From a virus (lineage: Duplodnaviria; Caudoviricetes), in IMG/VR virus record IMGVR_UViG_3300035126_000079, positions 1 to 63,304 of that record: a stretch of 63,304 nt of DNA; one strand, written 5' to 3'. The notes below the pieces were generated by a model. That model was not told the DNA's origin. It ran no database searches and worked only from the letters and a program-made list of their open reading frames with translations. Every line of letters begins with the position of its first letter. The first letter of the stretch is position 1. The translations under genes and the position numbers were made by a program. Below are positions 26,189 to 35,642 of the stretch, piece after piece.

Positions 26189-26217
26189 TTGCAAAAAATT
26201 AAAAACGATGTTACATT
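26189..26217 (+). promoter_or_regulatory. Promoter for the morphogenesis arm
   Basis: TTGCAA-17-TACATT with extended TG and an A-rich upstream segment. Confidence 0.6.
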
Positions 26218-26220
26218 TCA

Positions 26221-26318
26221 GTTGTTGGTGGTCGGAAGTTCCCTCGTTTTGCGTGAGAAGAGATTGGCGCAAAGCAAACCGGTTGAGGGGTCTCTTACTA
26301 TCTTTGAGCGCCAACAAC
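26221..26318 (+). ncRNA. Candidate pseudoknotted RNA leader upstream of terS
   Basis: 10-bp closing stem, nested stems, and a loop AAGAGAU complementary to GUCUCUU (26290-26296). Confidence 0.5.
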
Positions 26319-26349
26319 CCCATTCATTACTCATTGGTGCGCTTACCCG

Positions 26350-26985
26350 GTGATTAAACTAGAACCTACTGCGGAACATCCTGTTCCTTTTGACGTATCC
26401 GAAGAGTCCCCAAAGACTCAGAAGGATGCCATTGCCATTGCTGCAAATACTGCTGACTTCATTAAAGAACTCGGCGGTGGGCTGGACTTCAACGAGAAAG
26501 ACGGCAAACAAGTCGTTGATCTGGTTACCAAAGCAGCCAAAACACCCAAGCACATCAAGTCACCCGGCCAAGCTGCGGCTGCCCTAGCAATCCTAAAGAA
26601 GTACGACTTTCAAGCTATTGCTGATGCACAGCAGGCACGCAACCTGATTACCAATAAGCTGATCGAACTAGCAGATTGCGGCGACCTGAAGATTGAGATC
26701 AAGGCTCTTGAGCTACTCGGCAAGCATTCAGACATTGGAATCTTTACGGAACGCAGTGAGATTACTGTGCACCACACAACATCCCAGTCTCTTGAGAACT
26801 CAATCAAAGAGCGAATCAAACGTTTGCTGCACAGCGACATAATAGACATAACACCGCTTGACGATTTGGATGCCCAACTAGGCACGCCTAACACCACACT
26901 CGATAACAGTGGCCACCAAACAGATCTGGATACTGAAGAACCCATAGACTCGGATACCCGCAAAGACGTACTTGACCATGAGTGA
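26350..26985 (+). CDS. terS: Terminase small subunit (putative)
   Basis: Directly upstream of TerL; C-terminal IKALELLGKHSDIGIFTER motif. Confidence 0.7.
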   Translation: MIKLEPTAEHPVPFDVSEESPKTQKDAIAIAANTADFIKELGGGLDFNEKDGKQVVDLVTKAAKTPKHIKSPGQAAAALAILKKYDFQAIADAQQARNLITNKLIELADCGDLKIEIKALELLGKHSDIGIFTERSEITVHHTTSQSLENSIKERIKRLLHSDIIDITPLDDLDAQLGTPNTTLDNSGHQTDLDTEEPIDSDTRKDVLDHE

Positions 26986-28501
26986 AGCACAAATCTCGCT
27001 AAAAGACTTAGAAGGGCTTGTTGATACCGGCAAGCTTACGGATACTGACCTGCGTGTGCTAGAGAAACAGCTAATACATCTGGAAAAGCTCAAGAGTCGT
27101 GAGTTATCTCAGGAAAAGTTCATTCAATTTACCGCCCGAGTCTGGCCAACCTTTATTTCGGGTAGACACCACAAGCGAATGGCCGAAGCATTTGAAAGGG
27201 TAGCCCGTGGAGAATGCAAGCGTCTCATTATTAATATGCCTCCTCGCCACACTAAGTCAGAGTTTGCCTCTTACTTACTACCTGCTTGGTTTTTGGGCAA
27301 GTTTCCGCACAAAAAAGTCATCCAGAGCTCAAATACAGGCGAATTAGCGGTCGGTTTTGGTCGAAAAGTACGAAATTTGGTGGATTCTGAGGTCTATAGC
27401 GAGATTTTTCCTGATTTGCACCTGCAAGCTGACTCAAAAGCAGCCGGTCGGTGGAATACCAGCAAGGGTGGTGACTATTTTGCGATTGGTGTGGGTGGTA
27501 CGGTGACCGGTAAGGGTGCTGACCTGCTCATTATTGACGATCCACACTCAGAACAAGAGGCTGCACAAGCAGCAAGTAGCCCAGAAATCTACGACAAGGT
27601 GTATGAGTGGTACACATCTGGCCCTAGGCAGCGTTTGCAGCCGGGCGGGTCGATTGTTATTGTGATGACACGCTGGGCACAGCGCGATTTGACCGGTCAA
27701 GTGCTTAAAAACGCCGCTTTAAGGGGCGAAAACGACTGGGAAGTGATCGAATTTCCGGCTATTTTGCCCTCTGGAAACCCACTTTGGCCTGAGTTTTGGA
27801 GCAAAGAAGAGCTCGAAGCACTGCATGAAGAACTGCCAAATGCTAAGTGGCAAGCCCAGTATCAGCAAAATCCTGTCGGAAACGAGTCAGCGATTATCAA
27901 GCGTGACTGGTGGAAGATATGGCCGCACGAGAGAGCGCCCAAGTGTGACTATGTTTTGCAGACATGGGACACGGCGTTTGAGAAAACACAGCGGGCTGAC
28001 TATTCAGCAGGCACAACTTGGGGCATCTTTAACTGCGAAGAAGATGATATGCGCCCTAACATCATATTACTCAACACCTACCGCAAGCGTGTGGAGTGGG
28101 TGGACTTGAAAAAAGATGTGTTTAGAGAGTACAACGAGTGGGAGCCAGACGGCATGTTGATTGAGAAGAAGGCCACGGGTGGCCCACTCATTTACGAACT
28201 GCGTGCTATGGGTATACCTGTGCAAGAATTTACGCCGGGTAAAGGGCAAGACAAAATTGCCCGCTTGAACGCAGTATCGGACATAATCGCTTCTGGGAAA
28301 GTGTGGGTTCCCGATACTCGTTGGGCTGAAGAATTGGTTGATGAGATTGGGGCGTTCCCGTCAGGCGAGCATGATGACTTGGTTGACGCGACAACACTTG
28401 CTTTAATGCGCTTTAGGCAAGGTGGATTCCTCCGACTTCCTAGTGATGAACTAGACGAAGTTAGATTGTTTAAATCGGGCAGACGCGCGGCGTACTACTA
28501 A
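26972..28501 (+). CDS. terL: Terminase large subunit
   Basis: MPPRHTKS Walker A, IIDD Walker B, MTRW, QYQQNP, WDTA and HDDLVD nuclease motifs. Confidence 0.96.
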   Translation: MTMSEAQISLKDLEGLVDTGKLTDTDLRVLEKQLIHLEKLKSRELSQEKFIQFTARVWPTFISGRHHKRMAEAFERVARGECKRLIINMPPRHTKSEFASYLLPAWFLGKFPHKKVIQSSNTGELAVGFGRKVRNLVDSEVYSEIFPDLHLQADSKAAGRWNTSKGGDYFAIGVGGTVTGKGADLLIIDDPHSEQEAAQAASSPEIYDKVYEWYTSGPRQRLQPGGSIVIVMTRWAQRDLTGQVLKNAALRGENDWEVIEFPAILPSGNPLWPEFWSKEELEALHEELPNAKWQAQYQQNPVGNESAIIKRDWWKIWPHERAPKCDYVLQTWDTAFEKTQRADYSAGTTWGIFNCEEDDMRPNIILLNTYRKRVEWVDLKKDVFREYNEWEPDGMLIEKKATGGPLIYELRAMGIPVQEFTPGKGQDKIARLNAVSDIIASGKVWVPDTRWAEELVDEIGAFPSGEHDDLVDATTLALMRFRQGGFLRLPSDELDEVRLFKSGRRAAYY

Positions 28502-28509
28502 GGATTAAT

Positions 28510-31032
28510 ATGGCTACAAGTTCAATGGAAAAAAGTTTATATGCAGCACCTCTTGGTATAGAAGAAGAACTAGGTGGCATATCCGACATTGAGATTGAGA
28601 TTGAGAACCCAGAGGGTGTTCGCATTGGCATGGATGGCCTAGAGATAGAAATCGAGCCCGGCATAGAGGGCGAAGAAGAAAAGTTTGATTCCAACCTTGC
28701 TGACTTTATGGACGACAGCGAGTTGCAAAGCATTGCTGAAGACATCATGGGCGACGTGGACGGAGACATCAATTCCCGCAAAGACTGGGTTGAGATGTTT
28801 GTCAAAGGACTAGATGTTCTGGGGATGAAGTATGAAGAGCGTACTGAACCGTGGCTCGGTGCTTGCGGTGTTTTCTCAACTGTCCTTACCGAAGCCGCTG
28901 TACGGTTCCAGAGCGAGACTATCATTGAAACGTTCCCTGCTGCGGGCCCGGTCAAAACCGAGATCATCGGCGCAATTGATAAACTTAAAGAGCAGGCGGC
29001 GGAGCGTGTCAGAGAAGACATGAATTATCAGCTTACTGAGGTAATGTCTGAGTATCGCCCTGAGCATGAGCGCATGTTGTTTAATTTAGGTCTGGCTGGC
29101 TCGGCGTTCAAGAAAGTTTACTACGACCCAGCGCTTGGTCGTCAGACTTCGGTGTTTATTCCTGCTGAAGACATTATCATTCCTTACGGCTCCTCTGGTG
29201 CACGTACAGCAGAGCGCGTGTCTCACATCATGCGCAAGACAAAGAACGATGTAAAGAAGTTGCAAGTTGCGGGCTTCTACCGTGAGATTGAGTTAGGTGA
29301 GCCTGCTCAAGTACACACAGACGTTGAGAAGAAAAAAGCCGATGAGCAAGGCTACAGCTTGACGGACGACGACCGCTATCAGATTTATGAAATCCAGATT
29401 GATTACAACTTACCCGGCTATGAAGATGAAGATGAGATTGCTCTTCCGTACATTATCTCTATTGATAAAGGCACAAACAAAATCCTCTCTATCTACCGCA
29501 ACTGGGAAGAAGAAGACGATCTCAAAATTAAGCGCCAGCATTTTGTCCAGTACGATTACATACCCGGCTTTGGTGCTTATGGCTTTGGCTTCATACACCT
29601 TATTGGTGGCTATGCCCGGGCCGGTACATCTCTTATTAGGCAACTCATTGATGCTGGCACATTGAGCAATTTGCCCGGTGGCTTGAAGACCCGTGGCTTG
29701 CGAATCAAAGACGACGATACCCCAATCTCTCCCGGTGAGTTCCGTGACATGGACGTGCCCTCTGGTTCGATCCGTGACAACATCATGGCTCTGCCATACA
29801 AAGAACCATCACAGGTTTTGGCGGGACTCTTAGACAGAATCACTGAAGAAGGTCGCCGACTGGGTTCTGTTGCTGACATGAAGGTCAGTGACATGAGTGC
29901 CAACGCACCTGTTGGTACAACGCTGGCTATTCTTGAGCGTCAGTTGAAGACTATGAGTGCTGTGCAGGCTCGTGTGCACTACAGCATGAAACAAGAGTTT
30001 AAGCTCTTGAAGAACATCATCCGTGACTATGCACCGAGCGAGTATGAGTATGACCCAGCCAGCGGTGACCGCATGGCCAAGCAGTCTGACTACGATGCAG
30101 TTGATGTCATTCCAGTAAGCGACCCCAACAGCGCGACGATGGCTCAGCGCATCATGCAGTACCAAGCTGTGATCCAGTTGGCGCAGCAAGCACCGCAGAT
30201 CTATGACTTGCCGCAGTTGCACCGACAGATGATTGAAGTGTTGGGCATCAAGAACGCTGACAAGCTCGTGCCCACAGAGGACGACGAGAAGCCGAAAGAT
30301 CCAATCAGCGAGAACATGGGCTTCCTCAAAGGCGAGCCAACCCGTGCGTTTATCTATCAGGATCAAGACGCGCACATCGCTGTGCATACAACGTTTATGA
30401 AGGATCCGATGATTGCGGCAACGATGGGTCAGAATCCCATGGCTCAGCAGATGATGGCTGCCATCCAAGCGCACATTGCAGAACACTTAGCGTTCTCATA
30501 CCGCCGCAAGATCGAAGAGCAGATGGGCGTGCCACTTCCCCCACCCGGAGAGCAGTTGCCAGAGCAGGTGGAAGTTCAGTTGTCTCAGTTGGTTGCGCAA
30601 GCATCCGCTCAGCTTCTCAATGCAAACATGGCTCAGGCTCAACAAGCGCAAGCTCAGCAAATGCAGCAAGACCCGCTCGTGCAAATGCAGCAGGCAGAAC
30701 TCCAGATCAAGGCGCAAGATGCCAAGACCAAAGAGCTCAAAGTACGTGGCGACTTGCAGCTTAAAGCCGAGGAGCTATCGCTCAAGGCACGCGAGAGCGC
30801 AGCCAAGACGGGTGAAGATCCAAACATGGCGGCGATGCGTATGCAGCAAGAGATCATGCAGGCGCAGGAGTTACACGCCCTAGAAGTTGCAAATCAACAA
30901 CAGCAGCAACAAGTTCAAGCTCAACAAGCCCAGCAACAAATGGGGCAGGGCGACCAGCGACACAAGATGGAGATGTTGCAGAAAATGATGCAGGCAAAAC
31001 AGCAAGCCCAACAACCGCCCGGTGAAGGATAA
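28510..31032 (+). CDS. Portal protein (P22-like, Q-rich C-terminal barrel)
   Basis: Follows terL; GSAFKKVYYD motif; long Gln-rich coiled-coil tail. Confidence 0.88.
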   Translation: MATSSMEKSLYAAPLGIEEELGGISDIEIEIENPEGVRIGMDGLEIEIEPGIEGEEEKFDSNLADFMDDSELQSIAEDIMGDVDGDINSRKDWVEMFVKGLDVLGMKYEERTEPWLGACGVFSTVLTEAAVRFQSETIIETFPAAGPVKTEIIGAIDKLKEQAAERVREDMNYQLTEVMSEYRPEHERMLFNLGLAGSAFKKVYYDPALGRQTSVFIPAEDIIIPYGSSGARTAERVSHIMRKTKNDVKKLQVAGFYREIELGEPAQVHTDVEKKKADEQGYSLTDDDRYQIYEIQIDYNLPGYEDEDEIALPYIISIDKGTNKILSIYRNWEEEDDLKIKRQHFVQYDYIPGFGAYGFGFIHLIGGYARAGTSLIRQLIDAGTLSNLPGGLKTRGLRIKDDDTPISPGEFRDMDVPSGSIRDNIMALPYKEPSQVLAGLLDRITEEGRRLGSVADMKVSDMSANAPVGTTLAILERQLKTMSAVQARVHYSMKQEFKLLKNIIRDYAPSEYEYDPASGDRMAKQSDYDAVDVIPVSDPNSATMAQRIMQYQAVIQLAQQAPQIYDLPQLHRQMIEVLGIKNADKLVPTEDDEKPKDPISENMGFLKGEPTRAFIYQDQDAHIAVHTTFMKDPMIAATMGQNPMAQQMMAAIQAHIAEHLAFSYRRKIEEQMGVPLPPPGEQLPEQVEVQLSQLVAQASAQLLNANMAQAQQAQAQQMQQDPLVQMQQAELQIKAQDAKTKELKVRGDLQLKAEELSLKARESAAKTGEDPNMAAMRMQQEIMQAQELHALEVANQQQQQQVQAQQAQQQMGQGDQRHKMEMLQKMMQAKQQAQQPPGEG

Positions 31033-31034
31033 AT

Positions 31035-31232
31035 ATGGACAGAAGAATCCTAGATTTGCTCTCCTCTAAACTTGAAGAGCATCGTAAGAGTCAAGCTGAA
31101 GTTTTGTGTGATGGTAGCGCGAAATCCTACGATCACTACAAAGAACTGTGCGGTTTTATCCGAGGTCTCCAGACTGCGCAGTATGAAATAGGTGACCTCG
31201 TGCGTAAACTTAAGGACTCTGAAGATGACTGA
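31035..31232 (+). CDS. Small conserved head-module protein
   Basis: YKELCGFIRGL motif; lies between portal and GroES. Confidence 0.75.
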   Translation: MDRRILDLLSSKLEEHRKSQAEVLCDGSAKSYDHYKELCGFIRGLQTAQYEIGDLVRKLKDSEDD

Positions 31233-31629
31233 ATTTGATGTTAGTGCGGTAGATTTATCGGCGGTACTCAATGTATCCGCTGAAGAAAAAGCCAAACAAG
31301 TGCCCGATCCAGCGACGTACCATATTCTGTGTATGTTGCCCAAGGCCGAAGAGGAGTTTAGCGAGACTGGGATTTTGAAGTCTGCTACTGCTATGTATCA
31401 CGAGGAGCTTTTATCCCCCGTGTTGTTTGTGGCCAAGATTGGCCCCGATGCGTTTGGAGACGCCACCAGATTTCCGTCTGGCCCAAGCTGCAAAGTTGGT
31501 GACTTTGTGTTAGTGCGTCCTAACACGGGAACCCGCATGAAGATTCACGGTACAGAATGGAGACTCATTAATGATGACTCTATTCAAGCGGTTGTACAAG
31601 ACCCCCGTGGCATTCAACGTCCCAACTAA
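31225..31629 (+). CDS. groES: GroES-like co-chaperonin
   Basis: P.TYHIL...GIL...V.KIGP...CKVGDFVL...G.EWRLINDDSIQAVV. Confidence 0.85.
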   Translation: MTEFDVSAVDLSAVLNVSAEEKAKQVPDPATYHILCMLPKAEEEFSETGILKSATAMYHEELLSPVLFVAKIGPDAFGDATRFPSGPSCKVGDFVLVRPNTGTRMKIHGTEWRLINDDSIQAVVQDPRGIQRPN

Positions 31630-31639
31630 GGAGTAAATT

Positions 31640-32587
31640 ATGGCCAAAGACGAAGAATATAAATTCCCCGATGAAATAGAAACTAAAGCTGGCAAAGAAG
31701 AAAAAGTCGAGTACGAGATTGAAGGCGAGACGGAAGTCGAGGTAATAGACGACACTCCTGCGCAAGACCGTGGGCGTAGCCGCATGGAAGAGCCCCCCAA
31801 GGACTTTGCCGAGGATGAACTAACTAAGTACGATGAGGGTGTGCGCAAGCGCATCCAGCATTTTACAAAGGGTTACCACGAAGAACGCCGTGCTAAAGAA
31901 TCAGCAGAGCGGGAGCGAGAAGAAGCCCTGCGTATTGCACACGCTGTGGTTGAGGAGAACAAAAAGCTTAAAGGCTCTTTGAATACTAACCAGCAAGCTC
32001 TGCTAGAACAGGCCAAACGAGTAGTTGGTAACGAAGTCGAAAAGGCTAAGGCCAGATACAAAGAAGCCTATGAAGCAGGTGACTCAGACGCTGTTGTAGA
32101 TGCTCAGGAAGCATTGATTTCCGCTAAATCTAAGATGGAGCGCGTGAACAATTTTAAGCCTGCCCCTTTACAAGAGCAAAAAACTCAGGTACAAATACCA
32201 CAACAAGTTACAAAACAGCCGCCCGTAGACCAAAAAGCTATGGCGTGGCAATCAGAAAATAGATGGTTTGGCGCTGATGATGAGATGACTAGCTTTGCAC
32301 TTGGACTCCACACCAAGCTAGTTAAATCTGGAGTTGATCCTCAGTCCAACGAGTATTACGAGAAGTTAAATTCTCGGGTTAGACAAGTTTTCCCAGATCA
32401 GTTTGAGTCTGAGAGATCGGTGAATGCGCCAACTTCGCCGAAAAGATCAAACGTTGCACCTGCAACCCGTAGCACAGCGCCTAAAAAAATCGTGCTTACG
32501 CAGACACAGGTGAATATCGCCAAGCGGCTTGGAGTTCCTTTGGATCTCTATGCTCGTAAGGTTGCGGAAGAACAGTTAAGGAAATAA
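31640..32587 (+). CDS. Capsid scaffolding protein (putative)
   Basis: Acidic coiled-coil; WQSENRWFG; C-terminal IAKRLGVPLDLYA; upstream of the capsid genes. Confidence 0.7.
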   Translation: MAKDEEYKFPDEIETKAGKEEKVEYEIEGETEVEVIDDTPAQDRGRSRMEEPPKDFAEDELTKYDEGVRKRIQHFTKGYHEERRAKESAEREREEALRIAHAVVEENKKLKGSLNTNQQALLEQAKRVVGNEVEKAKARYKEAYEAGDSDAVVDAQEALISAKSKMERVNNFKPAPLQEQKTQVQIPQQVTKQPPVDQKAMAWQSENRWFGADDEMTSFALGLHTKLVKSGVDPQSNEYYEKLNSRVRQVFPDQFESERSVNAPTSPKRSNVAPATRSTAPKKIVLTQTQVNIAKRLGVPLDLYARKVAEEQLRK

Positions 32588-32588
32588 A

Positions 32589-33044
32589 ATGGAAAAGTCA
32601 ACACGTTTAGCACGAGAGCTCGATACCCGCGAAAAGATGGAACGCCCAAAACATTGGATGCCTCCTCAACTTCTACCCGATCCGAATCCGGAAGAGGGTT
32701 ATGCGTTTCGCTGGATCCGAATTGCTTCGTTAGGCAAAGACGACGCCACTAATATTTCTGGAAAACTACGCGAAGGCTGGGAACCCGTTAGGGCTTCTGA
32801 CCACCCTGAGATTCGTATGTTTGGTTCTAGCGGCAACGCAAGGTTCCCAGACAGCGTTGAAGTGGGCGGTTTGTTGCTTTGCAAAACACCTGTGGAATTT
32901 ACTGAACAACGCAATTCGTACTATCGCAATCAAGCGGAAGCACAAATGCAGTCAGTAGACAACACTTACATGCGCGAGAATGACCCACGGATGCCTATGT
33001 TTAAAGAACGTAAGTCTACGGTCACTTTCGGAAAAGGTACTTAA
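32589..33044 (+). CDS. Conserved head-module protein
   Basis: FRWIR...KLREGWEPV...VGGLLLCK. Confidence 0.75.
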   Translation: MEKSTRLARELDTREKMERPKHWMPPQLLPDPNPEEGYAFRWIRIASLGKDDATNISGKLREGWEPVRASDHPEIRMFGSSGNARFPDSVEVGGLLLCKTPVEFTEQRNSYYRNQAEAQMQSVDNTYMRENDPRMPMFKERKSTVTFGKGT

Positions 33045-33062
33045 ATTTTTTTGGAGACTTAA

Positions 33063-33665
33063 ATGTCAATGACCAATACTCCCTATGGCCTAAAAGCCAT
33101 AAATCGTAACGACGGTATGCCTTATGCCGGTGCTACGAGTCAGTTCTTGATTGACCCAGCAGGTCTTAATTCCAACTTGTTCTTTGGACAAGCTGTAATT
33201 ATCAATGCTGCGGGTTATATCGCTTTGTCTACCGCTACCGGCGCAGACTTAACTACCAATAACCTTGGTGGCGACAGTATGGGTGCTTGGGGCGTGTTTG
33301 TTGGTGCATCCTACATTAACGCACAAGGCCAGCAGATTTACGGTCAGTACTACCCCTCCGGCACAACCGGCGTGGTGACTGCATACGTTATCACTGACCC
33401 TAACGTGACGTTCCAAGCTCAATTGGATGGTCAAGTTACTCAGGCCGCTCTTGGCGCAAACACTTTCTTTGCTGCTGCACAGTCTACTTCTACAGGTAAT
33501 ACCCGTACAGGTAACTCTACCAGCGCCTTGGAAAGTTCAGTTGTAACGACTGCTGCTGCGTTCAAGATCATTGGTTTCGCTTCCCCATTGACCGACACAT
33601 ACACTGAAGTGTTTGTGAAGTTCAATCCCGGCGCTTCCGCTTTCACTAACGCCGTTGGCATCTAA
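33063..33665 (+). CDS. Capsid decoration/stabilising protein (putative)
   Basis: Immediately upstream of MCP; PYGL.., V.TDPN..F..Q pattern. Confidence 0.6.
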   Translation: MSMTNTPYGLKAINRNDGMPYAGATSQFLIDPAGLNSNLFFGQAVIINAAGYIALSTATGADLTTNNLGGDSMGAWGVFVGASYINAQGQQIYGQYYPSGTTGVVTAYVITDPNVTFQAQLDGQVTQAALGANTFFAAAQSTSTGNTRTGNSTSALESSVVTTAAAFKIIGFASPLTDTYTEVFVKFNPGASAFTNAVGI

Positions 33666-33676
33666 GGAGCTAAATC

Positions 33677-34585
33677 ATGGCTATTTCACGCGCACAACTG
33701 CTCAAAGAATTACTCCCCGGCTTGAACGCTTTGTTCGGTCTTGAGTATGCTAAATACGGCGAAGAGCACAAAGAAATCTACGAAACAGAGTCATCTGAGC
33801 GTAGCTTTGAAGAAGAGACAAAGCTGTCTGGCTTTGCTGCCGCACCAGTCAAAAACGAGGGTTCTGCCATCGCTTATGACAATGCACAGGAAGCATTTAC
33901 TGCACGTTACACTCACGAAACCATTGCGATGGGTTTTGCCATCACAGAGGAAGCTGTGGAAGATAACTTGTACGACAGCCTGTCTTCACGTTATACCAAG
34001 GCTCTGGCCCGTGGTATGGCTTACACCAAGCAGGTTAAAGCCGCTTTTGTGTTGAACAACGCCTTTGCTGGCGGCCCAACATACGGCGACGGCGTGGTGC
34101 TTTGCTCTACTGCTCACCCCTTGGTTTCTGGTGGTACTAACAGTAACACTCCATCTACTCCTTCCGATTTGAACGAGACTTCTCTTGAGAATGCCGTTAT
34201 TCAAATTGCCGCTTGGACAGATGAGCGTAGCTTGTTGATTGCCGCTAAGCCTAAGAAGTTGGTTATTCCACCTGCTCTGCAATTCGTTGCTACTCGTTTG
34301 CTAGAAACTGAACTTCGTGTTGGTACAGCAGACAATGACATCAACGCTTTGAAGAACAATGGTTCTATCCCTGATGGCTACTGCGTTAACCACTATTTGA
34401 CAGACACCAATGCTTGGTTCCTGTTGACAGACGTGCCTAACGGTTTGAAGCACTTTATCCGTACCCCCATGTCTACAGGCATGGACGGTGACTTTGACAC
34501 AGGTAACGTTCGTTACAAAGCCCGTGAGCGTTATAGCTTCGGCGTGTCAGATCCACTAGGTATCTTCGGTTCACCCGGAGCTTAA
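33677..34585 (+). CDS. Major capsid protein
   Basis: MAISRAQLLKELLPGLNALFG...RYKARERYSFG.SDP.G..GSPGA; strong RBS and downstream terminator. Confidence 0.93.
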   Translation: MAISRAQLLKELLPGLNALFGLEYAKYGEEHKEIYETESSERSFEEETKLSGFAAAPVKNEGSAIAYDNAQEAFTARYTHETIAMGFAITEEAVEDNLYDSLSSRYTKALARGMAYTKQVKAAFVLNNAFAGGPTYGDGVVLCSTAHPLVSGGTNSNTPSTPSDLNETSLENAVIQIAAWTDERSLLIAAKPKKLVIPPALQFVATRLLETELRVGTADNDINALKNNGSIPDGYCVNHYLTDTNAWFLLTDVPNGLKHFIRTPMSTGMDGDFDTGNVRYKARERYSFGVSDPLGIFGSPGA

Positions 34586-34608
34586 TATTTTTTAGGAAAT
34601 ATTTGAAG

Positions 34609-34634
34609 GGGGGCCTTGTGCCCCCTTTTCTTTT
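34609..34634 (+). terminator. Terminator after MCP, overlapping a putative promoter
   Basis: GGGGGC-CTTGT-GCCCCC plus T-run; TTGTGC(34616)-17-TATATT(34639) overlaps it. Confidence 0.75.
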
Positions 34635-34650
34635 GTTGTATATTGTATTT

Positions 34651-34726
34651 AACCCGGGCTTTCCGGTGTATCAAACTGTCCCGGCAGACGACATACCGAT
34701 TGATGCACTTAACTTGTATGTAAGGA
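34651..34726 (+). ncRNA. Candidate double-pseudoknot RNA leader
   Basis: Stem 34665-74/34700-09; CCGGG/CCCGG and ACAUAC/GUAUGU pairings, the latter next to the RBS. Confidence 0.55.
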
Positions 34727-34734
34727 CGCATATC

Positions 34735-35475
34735 ATGGCACGTACTTCTTTTTCGGGCCCAGTCAGGGCTGGCTATCAGGGCGGCACAGCGGCTGCACAA
34801 CAGCCACTTACTCCCACAACCATCAATACCGGTACTGTAATTTCAGTTAATGAGGGAACGGCAACTTCTGGTTTCTATTCCCGTGTAATGCCAACCACAG
34901 GTTTTGGCTCAAGCAGCTACTTAACCCCCGGTGAGGCTTTTTCTGTATTTGGACGTGTCCAATGCGGCACTCCTTTTGCTGTGGCTCCTTCTACTACTTT
35001 CAACCATATGGCTGGTACAGTAGGTGAGTTTGCAGTTATTGGCACATATGCTAACAACGGCTTGATGGCGGGTGTGATGGGTATCATCAATACCAACACT
35101 TTGTCCGGCGATGCTGCTGTGATGGCCTTTATGGATGGCGACTCTGGTTTAACAACTGCCCGCGCAGCTTTTGGTGTTGCTATGGCTCAGACCACAGCCG
35201 GTTCCGGTTTTGAGTATGGTATTGACTTGAAAATCCAAGACCCCGTTCTTGATGGTGGTGGCCCTTCTAGCGTCTATCCTTACTCCAAAGCCAACATCCG
35301 CATGGAAGATGATGTTGTGGTGATGGTTAACACAGGTGTTCCTACTGACGGTACAACGGGTGACAACTTTGCTGGCCCCGGCTCCATGTACATTGACAGC
35401 ACCGCTGGAAACTTGTATCTCCAGACAGCGGTAATTACCAGCCCAGTTTGGAAATTAGTCACTCGCGCTGCCTGA
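34735..35475 (+). CDS. Virion structural protein (post-capsid)
   Basis: MARTSFSGPV start after RBS AAGGA; C-terminal GPGSMYID...LY motif. Confidence 0.7.
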   Translation: MARTSFSGPVRAGYQGGTAAAQQPLTPTTINTGTVISVNEGTATSGFYSRVMPTTGFGSSSYLTPGEAFSVFGRVQCGTPFAVAPSTTFNHMAGTVGEFAVIGTYANNGLMAGVMGIINTNTLSGDAAVMAFMDGDSGLTTARAAFGVAMAQTTAGSGFEYGIDLKIQDPVLDGGGPSSVYPYSKANIRMEDDVVVMVNTGVPTDGTTGDNFAGPGSMYIDSTAGNLYLQTAVITSPVWKLVTRAA

Positions 35476-35642
35476 TGTTGACGCACAAAGACCCAGAGGT
35501 TCAGGCAATGCTTGGACTTCTGGAAAGCCAAAGAGATCACGCTATGGGACTTGTAGCGGCAATGGCCAAAGAAAATGCGGAGTTAAAAGCCCGCATGTTA
35601 GACGCACCAAAACCGGAGCAACAACATGACGATGCAGTATGA
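35475..35642 (+). CDS. Small coiled-coil protein (possible chaperone)
   Basis: MLTHKDPEV...LESQRD; TGATG coupling. Confidence 0.6.
   Translation: MLTHKDPEVQAMLGLLESQRDHAMGLVAAMAKENAELKARMLDAPKPEQQHDDAV

Noticed and set aside
29760-29780. tRNA T-loop-like GGTTCGATCC
   Set aside because: It lies inside the portal ORF and no cloverleaf can be built.
34603-34734. N-terminal extension of the 34603 ORF
   Set aside because: It crosses the terminator and structured leader; the RBS supports ATG 34735.
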